From a virus, in the UHGV virus genome UHGV-0786930: a stretch of DNA of 5,386 nt, one strand, 5' to 3'. The position numbers and the translations under genes were made by a program. Below the pieces are notes generated by a model. That model saw only the letters and a list, made by a program, of their open reading frames with translations, was not told the origin of the DNA and searched no databases. The number at the start of each line of letters is the position of its first letter. Position 1 is the stretch's first letter. Of this stretch, positions 1-4,332 are shown piece by piece.

Positions 1-331
1 CGCTCGGCAGTCTTGGATGGATAGCCTGTCAGAAGGTGGCACACAAATACTTGAAGCTCTTATGAATAAAGGTCTTGGCATAGCTGGTGCTCGTGTATAT
101 AAGAACAGGCTTGTTTTGGCCGATGGCTCAGTTTATGATTTGGCAGATATTAAGAGTTCTGGTTTCCCTATGCTCGTTTTTGACTATAACGCTAAAGCTA
201 CTCAAAAACTTAAAGATAAAACTAGAATTCAAAATTTGACTCCGTCTCAGCGTAAGCAGTATAAAAATGACATTCGTAAAGCTGGTGAGGACGCTTATCA
301 GCGTGCTTTACAAATGGGATATGGAGAATAA
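1..331 (+). CDS. VP2: DNA pilot / minor capsid protein VP2-like, C-terminal part. The ORF is open to the window start and continues from the window end if the molecule is circular.
   Basis: Frame 2 has no stop between position 2 and the TAA at 329-331. It is in the same frame as the open ORF that starts at 4815 when the window end is joined to the start (5385-5386 'ga' + 1 'c' = GAC). Mixed charged/hydrophilic composition typical of pilot-protein C-termini. Confidence 0.7.
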   Translation, partial: ARQSWMDSLSEGGTQILEALMNKGLGIAGARVYKNRLVLADGSVYDLADIKSSGFPMLVFDYNAKATQKLKDKTRIQNLTPSQRKQYKNDIRKAGEDAYQRALQMGYGE

Positions 332-352
332 CTATGAAAGGAGGTAGACGCT

Positions 353-457
353 ATGGCTTTCGGTTTTTATCACACACGCAAGCGTGGCAAGCGCAGAGGT
401 ATAAAAAAGCTTATACGCAAGTTAAAAAGGCGACTCCGTCGCAGACGAAGACGGTAA
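353..457 (+). CDS. Small arginine/lysine-rich DNA-binding protein (J / VP5 / ORF8-like), 34 aa: MAFGFYHTRKRGKRRGIKKLIRKLKRRLRRRRRR. Absent from the supplied ORF track because it is short.
   Basis: Strong SD AGGAGG (339-344) with an 8-nt spacer to ATG 353. Extreme Arg/Lys content ending in R6. Sits immediately upstream of the Rep gene, as do the small DNA-packaging proteins of Microviridae. Confidence 0.55.
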   Translation: MAFGFYHTRKRGKRRGIKKLIRKLKRRLRRRRRR

Positions 458-474
458 TGTATAATTCTCCTTTT
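458..474 (+). promoter_or_regulatory. Candidate promoter for the Rep gene: perfect TATAAT -10 hexamer (460-465) with TG immediately upstream. No convincing -35.
   Basis: 'tgTATAATtct' directly after the J-like stop codon. GGAGG SD at 499-503, 6 nt before ATG 510. Shares the decamer GTATAATTCT with the MCP promoter at 1521-1530. Confidence 0.3.
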
Positions 475-509
475 GGTCGTCTTATTCTCGGTAAGTGTGG
501 AGGTTGTAA

Positions 510-1526
510 ATGACCTCTGCGCCTATTAAATTTCAAAAACTTATTTGTCAGCGCCCTTATTTTTCGGTTCTCCATAATGCTGTATTCCCTTGTGGCAAAT
601 GTGTATTATGCAGGTCACGGCGCGCTCGTCAATGGACTCATAGATTATCACTTGAAGCGACCGATTGGCGTCGTGTATGTCATACTACTTTAACATATGC
701 TGCGCGTGATGACGGTTACGATATGAACTTTAATTATTCGCATGTCCAGCTTTTTATGAAGAAGTTTAGAAAATTTTTAGATTCCATAGGTTACGGTAAA
801 ATTAAGTTCTTCTGTGCTGGTGAGCGTGGAGAGAATGGCACTCAGCGTGTCCATTTTCATGTTCTCTTATTTGGAGTTGATTCTGCTATGCGTGATGTTA
901 TTCGTCAAAAATGGGAGCATGGCTTTGTTAAACTTAGGACAGTTGATAGTGCCAGAGGTATGCGTAAGGTAAGCGCATATGTATCTCAATATGTTTTAAA
1001 GAAGATTGGTGACAAAAAGGACGGTATGCAGCACTGTTCCCGTGGTATAGGCTTAAAAGCTTGTATTCGTTTATTTAAAGAGACTTTTCTTGCCCATTAC
1101 CAAAAGTTTGGTGACTTTCAGCCTATTGTCTGGCAAGGCGAGACATTGAGATTTGATAGATATTTAAAAACTAAGATGGCTGAGTGTTTAGGAATTTTAG
1201 AGGAGATTAAATCTCGTTGGAAACAGAAAACGAAGGATTTCTTAGAGGAAATTTTATCAATATACGATACTTTCGGCAGTGATTACCCATTTGGTCGCCC
1301 TGTTTATCCTAGATTTATTCTTGGAGGACATTATGAAACACAAGCGTTTATTGATTGGAAGGATTCTGTGGATGGCAAGATTTTTCTAAACTACTTGAAG
1401 TATATCAATAGTGCGGTTGAATTCGTTGGTAAATCGAAGTTTGAGGCTTATTCGCAAATGGTTGAGTTGAGACAAAAGAAAAATAATCGCGGATTTTTTG
1501 CTAAAGTTACTAAAAAAGTGGTATAA
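510..1526 (+). CDS. VP4: Rolling-circle replication initiation protein (Microviridae VP4 / gene A-like, superfamily I HUH endonuclease), 338 aa.
   Basis: Motif I 'TTLTY', motif II 'HFHVLLF' (HxH) and motif III 'YVSQYVLKK' (YxxxY, two catalytic Tyr, cf. phiX174 A 'YVAKYVNKK'). Also a Cys-rich N-terminus 'CGKCVLC'. SD GGAGG at 499-503. Confidence 0.92.
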   Translation: MTSAPIKFQKLICQRPYFSVLHNAVFPCGKCVLCRSRRARQWTHRLSLEATDWRRVCHTTLTYAARDDGYDMNFNYSHVQLFMKKFRKFLDSIGYGKIKFFCAGERGENGTQRVHFHVLLFGVDSAMRDVIRQKWEHGFVKLRTVDSARGMRKVSAYVSQYVLKKIGDKKDGMQHCSRGIGLKACIRLFKETFLAHYQKFGDFQPIVWQGETLRFDRYLKTKMAECLGILEEIKSRWKQKTKDFLEEILSIYDTFGSDYPFGRPVYPRFILGGHYETQAFIDWKDSVDGKIFLNYLKYINSAVEFVGKSKFEAYSQMVELRQKKNNRGFFAKVTKKVV

Positions 1527-1527
1527 T
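1498..1527 (+). promoter_or_regulatory. Sigma70-type promoter for the major capsid gene: TTGCTA(1498-1503) - 18 nt - TGgTATAAT (extended -10, 1519-1527).
   Basis: Perfect TATAAT hexamer with an upstream TGn extended -10 motif and an A-rich upstream tract. It overlaps the Rep stop codon (TAA 1524-1526). AAGGAG SD at 1539-1544 sits 6 nt before ATG 1551. Confidence 0.45.
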
Positions 1528-1550
1528 TCTTTTAAAAAAAGGAGTTCCAT

Positions 1551-3356
1551 ATGAAACTTAGTAAATTTAACTTGTCGCATAGGCACCATACTACTATGGA
1601 GATGGGTAAATTGGTGCCTTTCTATGTTCAGGATTGTTTGCCTGGTGATATATTTCGTATTTCTAATCAGGCTATTTTTCGCGCCCAGCCTATGGTTGCG
1701 CCTGTTATTTCCCAGATAAACTGGGTTACGCAGTATTATTTTGTGCCCTACCGAATACTTTGGGATAACTGGACTGAATTTATTACCGGTGGTGATGACG
1801 GTCTCTCAAATCCTGCTTACCCTACGGTTACCGCACCAGAAGGAGGATGGCAAGCTAACTCGCTTGCTGACTATTTTGGTTTTCCTATAAAGCAAGCTGG
1901 CATTGAAGTATCAGCACTTCCATTCCGTGCTATGGCTAAAATTTGGAATGACCATTATAAAATTGATGATATTGAGGTTGATGTTGAATTCTCTACCACT
2001 GACGGCCCTGATTCTTCTACGCCGACCGAACTTATGCCTGTTCACTGGAAGCGTGATTACTTCACAAAGGCTAAACCATTTACTCAGCGTGGTGCACAAA
2101 TCAGCGTCCCTGTCATCCCTGCCGTTAAAGTAGGTTCAGCATACCCTGTCTATTCGCCTTTGGTCGTTAAGGATGGTGATATTACCCAAACAGAACCCAC
2201 AGGCTCTCAGCTTGTAGGCACTGCTACTTGTGATTATCAAGGTAAATTAACCTCATTCGTCATTGACCCTGCTGTTAAGCCTACTTTGAGCAGTGGCTAT
2301 ATAAAATTTGTTTTCAATATGACCTCTGCTGGCATTGATAGTTCTGCTGCTGGTTATTCTGTTTGTCCTAACAATCAAACTGTCAATACTATTTTTTATG
2401 TCCCTGTTAAGATAATTTGGGGTAACCCAAATTCTTATAGTGACTCTCCTGTATTTCAAGGCAGCTGCACAACAACTGTTAAAACTGCTAAATGTTTTGC
2501 GCCTGTTTCTGGCGCTAGGAAACCTAGTTTTTATTATGTTGCAGAATTTACTGATGTTGTATTTGCTTTTACACAAGTATCAGCAAATGAAAAAGTCGAT
2601 TTGGGTTCATCAGGTGCTATTAATATGCGCGATTTGCGTGTTGCGAGTGCTTATCAACGCTTTAATGAGAGGAGTTTAAAATATGGAGCAGAATATGAGG
2701 ATTATTGTCGTATGGAATTCGGCGTGCGTCCGCGTGATAGCCGACTCAACAAAAGTGAGTATCTCGGCGGTAATAAAGCGCCACTTCAAATTAGCGAAGT
2801 CATACAAACAGCTCCTGGCGCACAAGGACAAACCCCACTTGGAAATATGGCTGGTATGGGAATTGGACAAGCCAGACAGCGTCGTATTAAGTATTTCTGC
2901 CCTGAACACGGTATTATTATTGGTTTCGCGTCTATTCGACCAGAAACTATCTATACGCAAGGCATCGATAGAGCGTGGCTTAAACGAAATAGATTTGACT
3001 ATTTTACTTACGAGTTTGCTAACATCGGCGCACAGGAGATTATGCAGCAGGAGCTTTATGCCACCAAAGACAATAAAAATTCTGTATTTGGATATGCTCT
3101 TAATGGCAATTACAACGAGTATCGACATCAAGAGAGCCGATTATCAGGAAATTTTAGAACCGATTTGTCGTTCTGGCACTTGGGACGTCAATTTGCTGAG
3201 GCGCCTGTCCTCAATCAGTCATTTATGAAAATGAATCCGCGCAAGGATATCTTTGCTATTACCGACGATAGCTTGCCTGCTTTCTTGGTTATGCTGCAAA
3301 ACAATATCATTGCTTATCGCCCTATTCCTAAGCGGGCTAAAAACATTTTAAAGTAA
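1551..3356 (+). CDS. VP1: Major capsid protein (Microviridae VP1/F-like, gokushovirus-sized), 601 aa.
   Basis: N-terminus 'FNLSHRHHTTMEMGKLVPFYVQDCLPGDIF' matches the conserved start of Microviridae major capsid proteins (…H..T…G.L.P……PGD…). 601 aa is in the gokushovirus VP1 size range. Strong SD and its own promoter. Largest ORF, with antisense ORFs only as shadows. Confidence 0.92.
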   Translation: MKLSKFNLSHRHHTTMEMGKLVPFYVQDCLPGDIFRISNQAIFRAQPMVAPVISQINWVTQYYFVPYRILWDNWTEFITGGDDGLSNPAYPTVTAPEGGWQANSLADYFGFPIKQAGIEVSALPFRAMAKIWNDHYKIDDIEVDVEFSTTDGPDSSTPTELMPVHWKRDYFTKAKPFTQRGAQISVPVIPAVKVGSAYPVYSPLVVKDGDITQTEPTGSQLVGTATCDYQGKLTSFVIDPAVKPTLSSGYIKFVFNMTSAGIDSSAAGYSVCPNNQTVNTIFYVPVKIIWGNPNSYSDSPVFQGSCTTTVKTAKCFAPVSGARKPSFYYVAEFTDVVFAFTQVSANEKVDLGSSGAINMRDLRVASAYQRFNERSLKYGAEYEDYCRMEFGVRPRDSRLNKSEYLGGNKAPLQISEVIQTAPGAQGQTPLGNMAGMGIGQARQRRIKYFCPEHGIIIGFASIRPETIYTQGIDRAWLKRNRFDYFTYEFANIGAQEIMQQELYATKDNKNSVFGYALNGNYNEYRHQESRLSGNFRTDLSFWHLGRQFAEAPVLNQSFMKMNPRKDIFAITDDSLPAFLVMLQNNIIAYRPIPKRAKNILK

Positions 3357-3366
3357 GGAGATTCAT

Positions 3367-3831
3367 ATGGCTTCTAGAATTACTAATAAACAAGCAGAAG
3401 GCTTGTTTGAAATTCAGGCTACTGTTGGGCGCACTGGTTGTTATGCGCCTCGTCCTATTGTCACTGAAGAATTAGACCCTGAGTCTATTGTCGATATAGT
3501 GCATGCACCTGATACTCTGTCGTCTGCTCTTGATAGAATCAATCGAGGCTCTATGACTTACGAGGAATTTCAAACTCTCCACGGAGGTGGTGAATACGAC
3601 TATGACGATATTGATGATATAGATGATGATTTTGATGAGGAGGAATACTATGTCGATAAAGATAGAGACACCGTTGACCGCAGAGGCAAATACTACGACA
3701 AAGACAAAGAATCTCGTATTTTGGCGGCCGAGTCTAAGAACGCAGGTAAAAGCGATACAAGCTCACACAAAAAGGATAAACCGCGAAAAGTGGATAGCGA
3801 ATCAGATTCGATTGATAAAGGAACTGAATAA
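3367..3831 (+). CDS. Acidic 154-aa protein with a D/E/Y low-complexity tract. Possible internal scaffolding protein (VP3-like). Function uncertain.
   Basis: AAGGAG SD 6 nt upstream of ATG 3367, immediately after the MCP stop. The tract 'GGGEYDYDDIDDIDDDFDEEEYY' and a Lys/Asp-rich tail. The position right after the capsid gene and ~150-aa size fit a scaffold protein. Confidence 0.7.
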   Translation: MASRITNKQAEGLFEIQATVGRTGCYAPRPIVTEELDPESIVDIVHAPDTLSSALDRINRGSMTYEEFQTLHGGGEYDYDDIDDIDDDFDEEEYYVDKDRDTVDRRGKYYDKDKESRILAAESKNAGKSDTSSHKKDKPRKVDSESDSIDKGTE

Positions 3832-3838
3832 TGCTTGA
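3650..3838 (+). CDS. Candidate overlapping (+1 frame) gene inside the acidic-protein gene: 62-aa basic protein MSIKIETPLTAEANTTTKTKNLVFWRPSLRTQVKAIQAHTKRINREKWIANQIRLIKELNNA.
   Basis: Perfect SD GAGGAGG (3637-3643) with a 6-nt spacer to ATG 3650. The ORF is open to 3838. Overlapping genes are characteristic of Microviridae. Caveat: the SD-like string is produced by Glu codons (GAG GAG GAA) of the host frame. Confidence 0.3.
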   Translation: MSIKIETPLTAEANTTTKTKNLVFWRPSLRTQVKAIQAHTKRINREKWIANQIRLIKELNNA

Positions 3839-3868
3839 ATTCATAATTGTGTTTGCTTTTTTATCGAT

Positions 3869-3896
3869 TTGCGCTTTATTTGCGTATCACTATTAT
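3869..3896 (+). promoter_or_regulatory. Weak candidate promoter for the small-peptide gene: TTGCGC(3869-3874) - 16 nt - TATTAT(3891-3896).
   Basis: AT-rich intergenic stretch with -35/-10-like hexamers placed to start transcription just upstream of the SD at 3907-3915. Confidence 0.25.
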
Positions 3897-3921
3897 AAAT
3901 TTTGGAAGGAGGTGATTATCA

Positions 3922-4008
3922 ATGAATAAAGAGAGAATTGGTTTGTGGATTGCAGCACTTACTGGCGCTATAAATGCTATTTGGGAACTTGTTAAAGGTC
4001 TTATATGA
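3922..4008 (+). CDS. 28-aa hydrophobic/amphipathic membrane peptide MNKERIGLWIAALTGAINAIWELVKGLI. Candidate lysis peptide or type-I-toxin-like peptide.
   Basis: Very strong SD AAGGAGGTGA (3906-3915) a few nt before ATG 3922. Charged N-terminus 'MNKER' followed by a ~23-residue hydrophobic helix. Small residues spaced i, i+4 (G7-A11-G15-A19, glycine-zipper-like) and two flanking Trp. An intrinsic terminator follows immediately. Confidence 0.5.
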   Translation: MNKERIGLWIAALTGAINAIWELVKGLI

Positions 4009-4039
4009 GCGCGCGGCTTTTTGCTTAAAAAAACGCTAG

Positions 4040-4067
4040 CCCGTCCAGCAATGGACGGGTTTTTTTT
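4040..4067 (+). terminator. Rho-independent terminator: 8-bp GC-rich stem CCCGTCCA/TGGACGGG, GCAA tetraloop, T8 tract.
   Basis: cccgtcca-gcaa-tggacggg-tttttttt, perfectly paired stem followed directly by eight T. 32 nt downstream of the peptide stop. Confidence 0.8.
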
Positions 4068-4123
4068 GCCCAAAAATTGCCCGAAGGGCGCGGCTTTCAT
4101 TTATGAAAACACTCTACCGATTG

Positions 4124-4161
4124 CGAAAAAAAGTCGCGGGGGCGCACCGTTAAGCCCCCGC
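4124..4161 (-). terminator. Possible minus-strand intrinsic terminator: hairpin A followed on the - strand by GAC + T7-8.
   Basis: The + strand reads 'gcgaaaaaaagtc-GCGGGGGC…GCCCCCGC', so the - strand has the stem-loop followed by gacTTTTTTT. The 3-nt gap between stem and U-tract weakens it. Confidence 0.25.
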
Positions 4162-4240
4162 ACCTACGCGCTCACCATGCGCGAAGCACGCTGTGGTGTG
4201 AGCGCGCATGGGGGTTATAAGGGGGCTTGCCCCCTTATAT
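4124..4240. other. GC-rich non-coding cluster of three consecutive stem-loops. Hairpin A 4136-4161: 8 bp GCGGGGGC/GCCCCCGC, 10-nt loop. Hairpin B 4167-4211: two alternative 9-bp pairings around a 19-22-nt loop containing CTG. Hairpin C 4216-4239: 10-bp stem, CTTG tetraloop.
   Basis: Inverted repeats read directly. Composition (G5/C5 runs, GCGCGC) contrasts sharply with the AT-rich remainder. Located between a + terminator and a + promoter. No SD-led ORF. Confidence 0.55.
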
Positions 4241-4241
4241 A

Positions 4242-4270
4242 TTGACAAATTACCGAAAAAATTGTAAAAT
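4242..4270 (+). promoter_or_regulatory. Strong sigma70 promoter: TTGACA(4242-4247) - 17 nt - TAAAAT(4265-4270), TG immediately upstream of the -10.
   Basis: Consensus -35, optimal 17-bp spacer and a 5/6 -10, in an AT-rich block immediately after GC-rich hairpin C. Predicted TSS ~4277-4278. Confidence 0.7.
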
Positions 4271-4277
4271 TTTTTCG

Positions 4278-4324
4278 GCACAGACTACAGACTTGATGAC
4301 TCTGTGCTAGATGACACCATCTAG
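4278..4324 (+). promoter_or_regulatory. Structured 5' leader / operator: hairpin 1 (GCACAGA 4278-4284 / TCTGTGC 4301-4307, 16-nt loop) abutting a perfect 18-bp palindrome CTAGATG-ACAC-CATCTAG (4307-4324) whose 3' arm overlaps the SD AGGAG (4323-4327).
   Basis: Inverted repeats read directly. GATGAC direct repeat at 4295-4300 and 4310-4315. The palindrome lies between the predicted TSS and the RBS of the basic-protein gene. Confidence 0.5.
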
Positions 4325-4332
4325 GAGAAATA

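Noticed and set aside
1563-1585. dif/XerCD-like string ATTTAACTTGTCGCATAGGCACC, which resembles the reverse complement of the E. coli dif arms (ATTTAAC…GCGCACC). Considered because gokushovirus prophages integrate at dif.
   Set aside because: Only 23 nt rather than 28, with a poor central region and only partial XerC-arm match. It lies inside the first codons of the major capsid gene, so most likely chance similarity.
1386-3131. Minus-strand ORFs (1386-1589, 1911-2099, 2253-2576, 2676-3131) and + strand alternative-frame ORFs (1903-2133, 2440-2679, 2683-3228) inside the Rep and capsid genes.
   Set aside because: These are antisense or out-of-frame shadows of long, well-supported CDSs. They have no ribosome-binding sites, and their products are low-complexity or hydrophobic with no recognisable features.
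3623-3649. Upstream start (MMILMRRNT…) of the track's 71-aa ORF.
   Set aside because: No SD. The internal ATG at 3650 with GAGGAGG is the only plausible initiation site and is the one reported as a candidate.
3832-3866. Possible terminator after the acidic-protein gene (T6 run at 3859-3864 and an 8-bp TGAATTCA palindrome).
   Set aside because: No GC-rich stem immediately precedes the T-run, and the palindrome is too short and AT-rich to form a stable hairpin.
3876-4100. 74-aa minus-strand ORF antisense to the small-peptide gene and terminator.
   Set aside because: All supported genes are on the + strand, as in Microviridae. There is no SD. It overlaps a + strand terminator and a well-supported + gene.
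4124-4240. tRNA or G-quadruplex interpretation of the GC-rich island.
   Set aside because: No cloverleaf can be drawn: there is no 7-bp acceptor stem with a T-loop GTTC-like motif. Only three G5 runs are present, and they are 70 nt apart, so not a canonical four-run G4.
4021-4245. 74-aa + strand ORF from the track spanning the terminator and GC-rich hairpins.
   Set aside because: No SD. It starts inside the terminator stem region and reads through three stable hairpins. The amino-acid composition is driven by GC-rich palindromes, so it is judged non-coding.
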